This document shows, in pieces, positions 19,159-28,408 of a stretch of 64,000 nucleotides of DNA (positions are counted from its first letter, which is position 1; each line of letters starts with the position of its first letter). Origin of the DNA: a virus; the IMG/VR virus record IMGVR_UViG_3300004097_003605, positions 610 through 64,609 of that record. The stretch is one strand, 5' to 3'. Position numbers and translations under genes: made by a program. Below the pieces are notes generated by a model, which did no database searches, was not told the origin of the DNA, and saw only the letters and a list, made by a program, of their open reading frames with translations.

Positions 19159-19458
19159 TCAGTCGCGGGTGTTGAGGAAGCGGGTGATCGAGCGTCGCGT
19201 CCAGGCGGGCAGCGGGCCGCTGATCCAGCCGTCGTGCGTCATCGCGTCAGCGAGGTGGCGTCCGTCTCGGCTGTCGAGGAAGTCGCGGGCGTGCTCGCTG
19301 GTCAGCCCGAATGCGTGAATCAACTCGCAGCTCACGTCACCCCAGATCTCACGGGCGTCGGTGTCGCTGCAGCCGGTGTTCGAAAGCGTGGTCCCAAAGA
19401 AACCCCACGCTTCGTTCCGTGTGGCGAGGATCTCGGGCATGTCGTGTGTGGCGTTCAT
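19159..19458 (-). CDS. Hypothetical phage protein (RNEAWGFFGT motif)
   Basis: ATG 19458 with GGAG RBS, within ORF 19159..19512. Confidence 0.7.
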   Translation of the reverse strand: MNATHDMPEILATRNEAWGFFGTTLSNTGCSDTDAREIWGDVSCELIHAFGLTSEHARDFLDSRDGRHLADAMTHDGWISGPLPAWTRRSITRFLNTRD

Positions 19459-19574
19459 CGTACGCGTCTCCGTAGTTCGTGGTCCGTTCAACAACGAGAC
19501 ACATGGAGCCATGAGACGCGGACGAACTCCAGCGAGTTCGCGAATGATTCCAGCATCTTTTCAAAGGTTTCCTG

Positions 19575-19787
19575 ATGTCGTCAGATGACCACGATCGCAG
19601 CCTGAATCCGACAGCACTGGCGATCCCGGCTGCAGCCGCGCTGCTGTCGAAGGTCGGTGGGAAGCCCGTGCGCGAGGACACGCTGCGGGCGGACATCGAG
19701 GCCGGCGCTCCGACGAATGCGAATGGCACGATCAACCTGGTGATGTACGCCGCGTGGCTGGTAAAGGGACTCGGACGTGGCGATTGA
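19575..19787 (+). CDS. Small terminase-associated DNA-binding protein (terminase small subunit candidate)
   Basis: 70 aa; overlaps the terminase start; C-terminal INLVMYAAWLV resembles the terminase N-terminal VDLLRYVAWLV. Confidence 0.65.
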   Translation: MSSDDHDRSLNPTALAIPAAAALLSKVGGKPVREDTLRADIEAGAPTNANGTINLVMYAAWLVKGLGRGD

Positions 19788-22041
19788 TCCTCGCAAACTC
19801 AGACCGGGCGAACTGTGCCGGCTGTTGAACTCGACCCCGCTGGGCGAAGTCATCAGCGAACGCCAGCTTTACCGCCACCGTACGCGGGCAGGCTTTCGCG
19901 TGGGTGACGGCCGGCATGTCGACCTGCTGCGGTACGTCGCGTGGCTCGTCGATGTCTGTCACCGGCCAGAAGCGGAACCGGACGCCGATCCCTACAGCAC
20001 ACTCAAGGAGCGAGCTCGTGCCCGTAATGCCGCAATCGCGCAGGCCGGTCGAGACATTGGCGAACTGCCGGCGATCGGCAATTCCGATCGACGTCATCGG
20101 GCCGAACGCGATTTTCGATTTTTCTGCGAGGCCTACTTCCCGCTGACATTTCATCTGGCCTGGTCGCCGGACCATCTCAAGGTCATCGCGAAGATCGAAG
20201 AGGCAGTGCTTGAAGGCGGTCTGTTCGCGATGGCGATGCCGCGTGGCAGCGGCAAGACGACAATCTGTGAATGTGCCTGCATCTGGGCCGTGCTGAACGG
20301 CCACCGCGAGTTCGTCTGCCTCATCGGTTCGAACGAAGGCCACGCGATGGACATGCTGGATTCCATCAAGACGGAACTCGACGGCAACGAGCTGCTGCTG
20401 GCAGACTTCCCCGAGGTCGTCTTTCCGATCCAGTGTCTTGATGGCATCGCGAACCGATGCAGCGGCCAGCTTCACCAAGGTGAGCGAACTCACATCGGCT
20501 GGACGGCCCGCGAAGTTGTGCTGCCCACGATGCCGGGTTCGTTGGCCAGCGGAGCGATCATCAAAGTCGCAGGCATCACCGGTCGGATTCGTGGAATGAA
20601 GTTCAAGCGATCCGATGGTCAGACGGTGCGACCGTCACTGGTCGTGCTCGACGATCCACAAACCGACGAGTCGGCCCGCTCGCTGTCTCAGTGTGCGAAT
20701 CGTGAGAGCATTCTGGCCGGAGCGGTCCTTGGTCTCGCTGGGCCGGGGAAGAAGATCAGCGGCATCATGCCCTGCACGGTGATTCGGCCCGGCGACATGG
20801 CCGACAGCATTCTTGATCGCGATCGGCATCCCGAATGGAACGGCGAACGCACCCGCATGGTTTACTCGTTCCCTGACGACGAAAAGCTGTGGGCTCGTTA
20901 CGCGGAACTCCGCGCAGAAGGCATGCGGAGCGGCGACGGTGGCAAAGCAGCGACCGAATTCTACGCTCAACATCGGGAAGCGATGGACGTCGGTGCGAAG
21001 ATCGCGTGGCCGGAACGCCACAATCACGACGAGCTGTCAGCGATCCAGCACGCGATGAATCTCAAACTGCAGGACGAGGCTGCATTTTTCGCAGAGTATC
21101 AGAACGAACCGCTGCCGGAGGAAACCGTCGACGAGGACATGCTCACCGCTGACCAGATCGAGGCGAAGATCAACAACATCCAGCGCGCCGAGATTCCAAT
21201 CTCGTGCAACCACCTGACGATGTTCATCGACGTGCAGCAGAAACTGCTGTTCTTCTGCGTGTGCGCGTGGGAAGACGACTTCACCGGCTACGTCGTCGAC
21301 TACGGCTCTTTTCCTGACCAGAAGCGGACGTACTTCACGCTACGGGATGCGCGCCACACGCTGGCCAATGCGTCACCGGGCAGTGGCCTGGAAGGTTCGA
21401 TCTACGCGGGCCTCGAAGCACTGACGCAGCAGTACCTCAGCCAGGAGTGGAAACGGGACGATGGAGCGGCGTTGAAGATTGATCGCTGTCTGATCGATGC
21501 CAACTGGGGGCACTCGACTGATGTTGTCTACCAGTTCTGCCGGCAAAGCAGTCACTCGACGATTATCACGCCATCGCATGGACGCTTTGTCGGCGCGTCG
21601 AGCATTCCCTTTTCCGAGTACAAGCGAAAACAGGGCGATCGCGTCGGACTCAACTGGCGCATCCCCAACGTCCGAGGCAAGCGGGCCATTCGGCATGTCG
21701 TCTACGACACGAACTGGTGGAAGTCGTTCGTCCACGCGAGGCTGGCGGTTTCGATGGGCGACCGGGGCTGCCTGTCGGTGTTCGGTTCAAAGCCCGAAAC
21801 ACACCGACTGTTTGCCGAGCAGGTCACCGCCGAGTACTTCGTCAAAACAACCGGTCGCGGCCGAACAGTCGACGAATGGAAACTTCGCCCAGAGCAGTCC
21901 GACAACCACTGGCTGGACTGTCTCGTTGGAAGTGCTGTGGCAGCATCAATTCAGGGAGCGGTTTTGTTTGGCACCGACGTCGCGCCGGTGCTGCCACGTC
22001 GTCGTCTGAAGCTCTCTGAACTGCAGAGAGGGCGACGTTGA
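19777..22041 (+). CDS. Terminase large subunit (GpA-like)
   Basis: Walker A MPRGSGKTT, Walker B VVLDDPQ, nuclease motifs FIDVQ and DNHWLDC. Confidence 0.9.
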   Translation: MAIDPRKLRPGELCRLLNSTPLGEVISERQLYRHRTRAGFRVGDGRHVDLLRYVAWLVDVCHRPEAEPDADPYSTLKERARARNAAIAQAGRDIGELPAIGNSDRRHRAERDFRFFCEAYFPLTFHLAWSPDHLKVIAKIEEAVLEGGLFAMAMPRGSGKTTICECACIWAVLNGHREFVCLIGSNEGHAMDMLDSIKTELDGNELLLADFPEVVFPIQCLDGIANRCSGQLHQGERTHIGWTAREVVLPTMPGSLASGAIIKVAGITGRIRGMKFKRSDGQTVRPSLVVLDDPQTDESARSLSQCANRESILAGAVLGLAGPGKKISGIMPCTVIRPGDMADSILDRDRHPEWNGERTRMVYSFPDDEKLWARYAELRAEGMRSGDGGKAATEFYAQHREAMDVGAKIAWPERHNHDELSAIQHAMNLKLQDEAAFFAEYQNEPLPEETVDEDMLTADQIEAKINNIQRAEIPISCNHLTMFIDVQQKLLFFCVCAWEDDFTGYVVDYGSFPDQKRTYFTLRDARHTLANASPGSGLEGSIYAGLEALTQQYLSQEWKRDDGAALKIDRCLIDANWGHSTDVVYQFCRQSSHSTIITPSHGRFVGASSIPFSEYKRKQGDRVGLNWRIPNVRGKRAIRHVVYDTNWWKSFVHARLAVSMGDRGCLSVFGSKPETHRLFAEQVTAEYFVKTTGRGRTVDEWKLRPEQSDNHWLDCLVGSAVAASIQGAVLFGTDVAPVLPRRRLKLSELQRGRR

Positions 22042-22220
22042 TGGGCGAGTCGAAGTCAAATCTGTCGAACTCTCGGCAGGGAATCGAATGTCCGAGGTGC
22101 GGTTGTCGACATTTCTTCGTCATCTATACGCGGCCCCGGGAAGGGAAGATCGTCCGTCGAAAAGAATGTCGACACTGCCAGTGGAGAGTGACCACTTCGG
22201 AAACGTTGGCTGGCTCGTGA
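22041..22220 (+). CDS. Small Zn-ribbon protein (Ogr/NrdR-like), possible late regulator
   Basis: CPRCGC...RRKECRHC. Confidence 0.7.
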   Translation: MGESKSNLSNSRQGIECPRCGCRHFFVIYTRPREGKIVRRKECRHCQWRVTTSETLAGS

Positions 22221-22270
22221 GAAAAGTGCCTGACCGAACCTCTCGTCGCCGTCGTGTATCCTGATCGACA

Positions 22271-23164
22271 ATGAGAATCGTCGACTTCCAACTTGAACCA
22301 ATCGTAGAGTTTCCGTTTCTGAATGCTGGTCGCGGAGCTGGGGGGTTCTACGTCGATCGACTTCCGGTGCATGTTGCGACAGTCGACCGTCTCCCGGCTG
22401 ATGCTCTTGCTGTAGTGGTGACTGCAGATCTCCAGGGGCGGGAGAGATTTGAAGACTCCGCAGGCGGACCGATTCGGCTCCTTGGTGAAGTCATACCGGA
22501 CCGTCTAGTCGCCGAAGTACTTCCACGTTTCGGAATCGACAACGGCAAGCACGTACGAGCGCTTCTGGCTGGTGATTTCTACACTGTTCCGAGACTCGAC
22601 AAGCGGGGTGGGACGGGTGACGTGACGGATGTGTGGAATGCATTCGCGGATTGCTTCGATTGGGTTGCTGGTGTTGCCGGAAACCACGACATCTTCAGTG
22701 ACCATCAATCCTGCCGACCGCGACTTCCGTCGAATGCCCATTATTTCGACGGGGACGTCGTTGAAATAGATGGACTGAAGATTGCTGGAATCGGTGGAAT
22801 CATTGGTAAGGCCACCCGCCTGAATCGTCGCAGCCATGACGATTACCTTGCGACGCTCAATCGTGTCCTCGACCGCGAGCCGGATGTTCTGATCATGCAC
22901 GATGGTCCCGCTGGACCACATGAGTCACAGCGGGGAATCTCGGAAGTACGCGACGCTTTGCTACGAAGAAGAGACTGCCTGGTCATTCGCGGGCATGCTC
23001 ACTGGAAGCAGCCATTCGTCGAGTTCGAAAACGGACTGCAGGTTCTCAACGTCGACGCCCGAATTGTCATCCTCACATCGGATGACCGGGCAGCGAACGC
23101 AATGCGGGCCCAGGCACTGGACGAGTTGGCCGCTCAGGCGCAGCAACTCGACATGGGCGACTGA
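22271..23164 (+). CDS. Calcineurin-like metallophosphoesterase (moron)
   Basis: ADLQG, AGDFY, AGNHD, MHDGP, GHAH motifs. Confidence 0.82.
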   Translation: MRIVDFQLEPIVEFPFLNAGRGAGGFYVDRLPVHVATVDRLPADALAVVVTADLQGRERFEDSAGGPIRLLGEVIPDRLVAEVLPRFGIDNGKHVRALLAGDFYTVPRLDKRGGTGDVTDVWNAFADCFDWVAGVAGNHDIFSDHQSCRPRLPSNAHYFDGDVVEIDGLKIAGIGGIIGKATRLNRRSHDDYLATLNRVLDREPDVLIMHDGPAGPHESQRGISEVRDALLRRRDCLVIRGHAHWKQPFVEFENGLQVLNVDARIVILTSDDRAANAMRAQALDELAAQAQQLDMGD

Positions 23165-23317
23165 GTCGGCACTCATCTGCGAGTGCGATGTCGTTGAGCC
23201 ACATCTCGAAATAGCGGTCAAGGCCGACCAGACGTTGAAGCACTGTGTGAGTTTCCAGCCGCTGATCACTCTTTGGTTCCACATATGGAGCAAGTCTGTC
23301 AATCAGGGCCGATTCCG

Positions 23318-23352
23318 TCGTCAGTTCGAACCGCAACCGGGTAGGTCTACAG
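23318..23352 (+). promoter_or_regulatory. Phage promoter motif, copy C
   Basis: TCGTCA-gttcgaaccgcaa-CCGGGTAGGTCTACAG; 44 nt before the GTG at 23396, the first morphogenesis gene. Confidence 0.78.
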
Positions 23353-23395
23353 GTAGGCGACGTTCGTTGTTCGTCATCAACACAGGAGACCGGAC

Positions 23396-23593
23396 GTGGC
23401 GGAATCACTCGACGAGACCATTCGCGAGAACGCTGCCGGACCGGCGAAGGCGTCGGGTGATTCGGGCAGCATGGAACAGCACAAGCTGACCGACCAGATC
23501 GCGGTCGACCGCCACCTGTGTTCGAAGGATGCCGCGAAGTCAAAGTCTCGCGGCCTGCGGTTCAATAAACTCACACCGCCGGGGTCGACATAG
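23396..23593 (+). CDS. Head-tail joining (gpW-like) small protein
   Basis: AGGAG RBS; 65 aa directly before the portal gene; function inferred from position. Confidence 0.65.
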   Translation: MAESLDETIRENAAGPAKASGDSGSMEQHKLTDQIAVDRHLCSKDAAKSKSRGLRFNKLTPPGST

Positions 23594-25053
23594 TGCTGGC
23601 GTGGCTCAGAAACATTTCGCGATCGCGACTGACCAAGGCGTCACTTTCGGGCCGTTCTGGTCGGTTCTTTCGCAGCCGCTACGACGCGGCGGCGACCACG
23701 CCGGATAACCGCCGTCACTGGGCGAATGCGGACGGGCTGTCGGCGTTGGCCGCCAATAGTGCCGATGTGCGGCGGATTCTTCGTAACCGGTCCCGTTACG
23801 AAGTGGCGAACAACAGCTACGCCCGCGGGATTGTGCTGACGCTCGCCAATGACGTGATCGGGACCGGGCCGCGATTGCAGTTGTTGACGGGTGATGGTGA
23901 CGCCAACCGCCGCATCGAGCGGGAGTTTCAACGCTGGGCGCAGGCCGTTGACCTGGCGGGAAAACTCCGCACGCTGCGGATGGCTCAGACGACTGATGGC
24001 GAAGCGTTCGCCGTGCTGATCAACAATTCCGCTCTGCCCACGGGCATTCAGCTCGATCTGCAACTTATCGAAGCCGAGCAGGTTGCCACGCCAGAACCGC
24101 TCACCACAGCCGGCAGCAATGCCGTCGATGGCATCGTGCTGGATCGCAGCGGAAACGCGGTCGAGTACCACGTGCTGCGGACTCATCCGGGCGATGCGGT
24201 GGCTGTGCCTGGTGTGGAATACGACCGTGTGCCAGCAGCCAGCGTCATTCACCAGTTCCGCACCGACCGACCTGGGCAGCGTCGCGGTGTTCCAGAAATT
24301 ACTCCCGCTCTGCCGCTGTTTGCCATGCTGCGGGACTACTCACTGGCGACGCTGGATGCCGCCAAGGCCGCTGCTTACTTCGCCGGGATTCTCTACACTG
24401 ACGCTCCCGCCAACGGGGAAGCTGACGCGGTTGAGCCGCTGGATGAGATTCAGCTTGACCGCAATCTGCTGCTGACCATGCCCGGCGGCTGGAAGATGTC
24501 GCAACTGCATGCCGAGCATCCGTCAGGCACATACGCCGATTTCAAACGCGAACTGCTCAACGAAATCGCGCGGTGTCTCAACATGCCGTATAACGTCGCC
24601 GCGGCGAATTCGTCGGGCTACAACTACGCCTCCGGCCGGCTCGACCATCAGACTTACTTCAAGTCGATTCGGGTCGATCAGTCGCACCTTGAGTGCCGCG
24701 TACTGGACCGCATTCTCGCCGCATGGCTCGATGAAGCAGTGCTGATTCCCGGGCTGCTCACTGCTGGCCTGGGGCCGATCGCCGACTGGCCACACCAGTG
24801 GTTCTGGGACGGTCACGAGCACGTGGATCCCGCCAAAGAAGCAACGGCACAAGCCACGCGATTGAAGTCTCACACGACCACACTCGCGGATGAATACGCA
24901 CGCCGCGGTCAGGACTGGGAATCGCAGTTGCGGCAGCGGGCTGGCGAACTGCAACTCATGAAGGAACTCGGACTGGTGGACGTTCCGCCGGATGACAACG
25001 CCTCACAGGATGTCGAGGAAAACGATGCAGAATCTGTCCCCACAGCTGCCTGA
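23593..25053 (+). CDS. Portal protein, lambda family
   Basis: LRNRSRYEVANNSYARG, GQRRGVPE, NYASGRLD, HVDPAKEA motifs. Confidence 0.92.
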   Translation: MLAWLRNISRSRLTKASLSGRSGRFFRSRYDAAATTPDNRRHWANADGLSALAANSADVRRILRNRSRYEVANNSYARGIVLTLANDVIGTGPRLQLLTGDGDANRRIEREFQRWAQAVDLAGKLRTLRMAQTTDGEAFAVLINNSALPTGIQLDLQLIEAEQVATPEPLTTAGSNAVDGIVLDRSGNAVEYHVLRTHPGDAVAVPGVEYDRVPAASVIHQFRTDRPGQRRGVPEITPALPLFAMLRDYSLATLDAAKAAAYFAGILYTDAPANGEADAVEPLDEIQLDRNLLLTMPGGWKMSQLHAEHPSGTYADFKRELLNEIARCLNMPYNVAAANSSGYNYASGRLDHQTYFKSIRVDQSHLECRVLDRILAAWLDEAVLIPGLLTAGLGPIADWPHQWFWDGHEHVDPAKEATAQATRLKSHTTTLADEYARRGQDWESQLRQRAGELQLMKELGLVDVPPDDNASQDVEENDAESVPTAA

Positions 25054-27106
25054 CGGACAATCACTGCGGCTGCAGGCTGCGGAACTGGAGATCGAAGCGG
25101 CGACCGAGAACGAACCCGGCCGGCAGCGGCGATTTCGGATGGTCGCCTACACGGGCGGAGCCATGAAGCTCACCGGCTGGAAACACCCGGTGGTTGTGGA
25201 TCTCAACGGGATTGATGTCGGTCTCCAGCGTCGGCCGATCCTTCTCGATCACACCCGTGACGTGGACTGCGTCCTCGGTCAGACAGACCGCATCACGGTC
25301 GAAGACAGCCGGCTGCTGGTCAGCGGCGAAGTATTGGGAGACTCGGGCAAGGTGCAGCGAGTGATTGCACTGAGCGACCGTGGATTCGCGTGGCAGGCTT
25401 CGATCGGTGCCCGGGCCGACGATGTGGAATTCGTTCCGGCGGGAAGCACGGTCGAGGTTAACGGCCGAGAGGTCAGTGGTCCGGTCAACATTGCCCGACG
25501 GGCGTTGCTGGGTGAGGTCAGCTTCGTCGTGCTCGGAGCTGACGACCAGACTTCGGCCGAGATCGCCGCCACACTGGAAGCGGCGACGCAGGATGACAAC
25601 TCGATGCGGGCTGGTGCGGACTTCGCCAACTGGGTGACGGCTCAGGGATTCGATGCGGGAAACCTGAGCGAACGGCAGCAGCAGAGCCTGAGCGAACTCT
25701 TCGCGACACGCGGGGCACGCACGGAAGCGGACGCGGCCACGGACGTCAGTGACGACGGGAACCCCGTGGCTACCCTGCGTGCCGAGTTGGCCGCAGAAAC
25801 GCAGCGTGTCGGCCGCATTCGAAAGATCTGCAGCGGCAGGCATGCGGACATCGAAGCCCGAGCCATCGCGGAAGGATGGGACAATATGCAGACGGAACTC
25901 GAAGTGCTGCGGGCCACACGTCCGCAGGGACCGGCCATTCACTCACGTGATGCGTCGAGGCCTGATGCGGAAGCGATTGAGGCAGCGTTGTGCCTGTCGG
26001 CCAGTCTGCCCGAGCAGAAGTGCGGAAAACTGTTCAGCGAACGCGCGATGAACGCGGCACTCGGCCGGGACCTGCGTGGCATCGGACTGCACTACCTGAT
26101 GCACGCCGTGATCCGCGCAGCGGGCATGCACGTGCAGCCCGGGCTTGTGGATAACGACTTCATTCGCGCGGCGATGGCGGCGGACCGCAAGCTGACCGCG
26201 TCCGGCGGATTCTCGACGGTCTCACTGTCGGGCATCCTGTCGAACGTGGCCAACCGGACGATGCTGGCTTCGTTTGAAGCCGTCGACAACGTGCTCGGTC
26301 AGATTGCGGCGCAGGCGGATGCCAACGACTTCAAGCAGGTCACCAGTTACCGCCTGACGGGACTGGGTGAGTTCCAGAAGGTCGGGCCGGACGGCGAGCT
26401 GAAGCACGGGTCGCTCAGCGAAGAGACCTTCCAGAATCAGGTTGAGACCTACGGCACGCTGCTGTCGCTGACGCGGCAGATGATGATCAACGACGACCTG
26501 GGCGCATTCCTGCGTCTGCCACGTCTGATCGGACGCCAGTCCGCGATCAAGTTGCAGAAAGTCGGTTTCGGTCTTCTGCTGGCCAATGCCAACGCGTTTT
26601 TCAGTGCCGGCAATGGCAACTACTTCGCAGGCGCCGAAAGCAATCTGCAGATCAATTCGCTGACGACCGCCGAGCAGATGTTCTTCGACCAGAAGGACGA
26701 GAATGGTGATCCAGTCTCAATGACGCCGGGCGTACTGCTCGTTCCGACGTCGCTGAAGACGGTCGGCGATCAGCTCTACAACGATGTGGCCGTCAACGAA
26801 ACGACGACGGCCAACAAGCCGAAGCCCAACCGCAACCCGCACGCCGGCAAGTTCCGTCCGGTGGCGACACCGTGGCTCAACGCTCAGTCGCTGACGGGCA
26901 GCAGTGACACTGCGTGGTATCTGCTGGCCGATCCGGCTGACGCGGCGGTCCTCGAAATCATTTATCTGCGGGGCCGTCGTGTGCCTTACATCGAGAGCGA
27001 GGAATCCTCGTTCAACACATTGGGCATGCAGTGGCGAGGCTACTTCGACTTCGGCGTCGCTCTACAGGAGAAGCGGGCCGGTGTGAAGAGCAAAGGCGCG
27101 GCGTAA
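25025..27106 (+). CDS. Prohead protease-major capsid fusion (Mu gpT-like capsid C-terminus)
   Basis: N-terminal protease PILLDH...WQASIG...LGEVSFV; capsid NDFKQV...ETYGTLLSLTRQMMINDDLGAF...FDFG. Confidence 0.88.
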   Translation: MQNLSPQLPDGQSLRLQAAELEIEAATENEPGRQRRFRMVAYTGGAMKLTGWKHPVVVDLNGIDVGLQRRPILLDHTRDVDCVLGQTDRITVEDSRLLVSGEVLGDSGKVQRVIALSDRGFAWQASIGARADDVEFVPAGSTVEVNGREVSGPVNIARRALLGEVSFVVLGADDQTSAEIAATLEAATQDDNSMRAGADFANWVTAQGFDAGNLSERQQQSLSELFATRGARTEADAATDVSDDGNPVATLRAELAAETQRVGRIRKICSGRHADIEARAIAEGWDNMQTELEVLRATRPQGPAIHSRDASRPDAEAIEAALCLSASLPEQKCGKLFSERAMNAALGRDLRGIGLHYLMHAVIRAAGMHVQPGLVDNDFIRAAMAADRKLTASGGFSTVSLSGILSNVANRTMLASFEAVDNVLGQIAAQADANDFKQVTSYRLTGLGEFQKVGPDGELKHGSLSEETFQNQVETYGTLLSLTRQMMINDDLGAFLRLPRLIGRQSAIKLQKVGFGLLLANANAFFSAGNGNYFAGAESNLQINSLTTAEQMFFDQKDENGDPVSMTPGVLLVPTSLKTVGDQLYNDVAVNETTTANKPKPNRNPHAGKFRPVATPWLNAQSLTGSSDTAWYLLADPADAAVLEIIYLRGRRVPYIESEESSFNTLGMQWRGYFDFGVALQEKRAGVKSKGAA

Positions 27107-27151
27107 GTGTTCGGCTGACACGGACCAGTTCACTCGACAGGAGCAGGATGT

Positions 27152-27493
27152 ATGGCGACGGCAGTATTTCGACAGGAAGGAGCGTCAATTGACCACACGC
27201 CGGGAGCGGCTGTGGCGGCTGGCGATGTAGTAGTCCAGGGCGACCTTATTGGCGTAGCGAAGCTGAACATCGAGGCGAGTCAGCTGGGAGCTCTCGCGGT
27301 CGAGGGGGTGTTCGACTTTCCCAAAGCAAGCGGTGCAGCCACGGCGATCACGTTGGGGACAAGCCTGTTCTGGGACGAGATCGCGCAGCAGGCAACCAGT
27401 GATGACAATGCCGGAGCCAATAAGGCACTTGGCAAGTCCATCGCAGATGCCAGCGACGATGACACCACAGTCCGCGTACGGATCAACCAGTAG
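27152..27493 (+). CDS. DUF2190 family capsid decoration/cement protein
   Basis: FRQEGASID...GALAVEGVFDFPK...VRVRIN; follows the capsid gene. Confidence 0.85.
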   Translation: MATAVFRQEGASIDHTPGAAVAAGDVVVQGDLIGVAKLNIEASQLGALAVEGVFDFPKASGAATAITLGTSLFWDEIAQQATSDDNAGANKALGKSIADASDDDTTVRVRINQ

Positions 27494-27584
27494 GCCACCA
27501 TTGGCGGTTTGATCGGGCTGTCGCCCGTAACTGTGAACGACGCGGTTCCAGACGCACCAGCCGAAAGGCAATTGAGAGAGATCG

Positions 27585-27968
27585 ATGACCGACATCCTTG
27601 AACGAGGCTCGAACTGGCTGGAAGACCAGCGGGTCGCTCACGCGTCCCGGCCGGTTGAATACCAGCGTGGCGAGAGCAGCGTCGAAGTGCCGGCATCGAT
27701 CGGACGGACTGTGTTCGAGATCGACGACGGTGTTGGGATTCTCCAGCGCACGGAGTCGCGGGACTTCCTTGTTCCGGCGGTGAGTCTGGTCCTGGACGGT
27801 ACGCAGACTCTGCCGGAACGAGGAGACCGCATCCGTGAAACGATCGGGACGGTCACGTTCACCTACGAGGTTATGGCTCCGGGGAAGGAGCCGCCGTGGC
27901 GGTACAGCGACGCGTACCGCCGCACATTGAGGATTCACACGAAGCTGACGGGAACGGAGTCCACATAG
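27585..27968 (+). CDS. Head closure/adaptor protein
   Basis: Position and size (127 aa); PERGDRIRE motif. Confidence 0.65.
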   Translation: MTDILERGSNWLEDQRVAHASRPVEYQRGESSVEVPASIGRTVFEIDDGVGILQRTESRDFLVPAVSLVLDGTQTLPERGDRIRETIGTVTFTYEVMAPGKEPPWRYSDAYRRTLRIHTKLTGTEST

Positions 27969-27970
27969 AT

Positions 27971-28399
27971 ATGTCAGTTATCAGCGACATTGCGGCGGCT
28001 GTTGTGTTCGAGATCAACGCGGCAGAACTCAGTCAGTCGGCGACCGCCGAGCGGACATTCCTCCCGGTTTTCGATCTGGAAGACATGCAGGACCTGCATG
28101 TGACAGTCGTGCCACGCGGAGTCATCACGCTGCCCGGCGGCCGTGCCCATAACCAGCACGATTACGCGATCGACATCGCCGTGCAGAAGAAGCTCGATGC
28201 TGTCAGCAATGCGGAAGTCGACGCGCTGCTGGGGCTCGTGCAGGAGCTGGCTGACTTGTTTCGGTTCAAGCGGCTGACGGATGCGCCGAATGCAGTGTGG
28301 CTGAAGTCCGACAACGTTCCTGTGTACTCGCCCGAGCACCTGGACCAGCTCCGGCAGTTCACCAGCGTCATCACGATCACATTTCGAATCATGAGGTAG
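27971..28399 (+). CDS. Tail terminator-like protein
   Basis: Position in the neck cluster; likely ATG at 27971. Confidence 0.6.
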   Translation: MSVISDIAAAVVFEINAAELSQSATAERTFLPVFDLEDMQDLHVTVVPRGVITLPGGRAHNQHDYAIDIAVQKKLDAVSNAEVDALLGLVQELADLFRFKRLTDAPNAVWLKSDNVPVYSPEHLDQLRQFTSVITITFRIMR

Positions 28400-28408
28400 G
28401 CGTCAGGG

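Noticed and set aside
18022-19575. 517-aa plus-strand ORF
   Set aside because: Shadow of five minus-strand genes that have RBSs and recognisable motifs; its Arg/Gly-rich translation has no motif.
23085-23164. C-terminal tail of the phosphoesterase (ALDELAAQAQQLDMGD) as a separate gene remnant
   Set aside because: Possibly a read-through into a fragment, but there is no independent start or other support.
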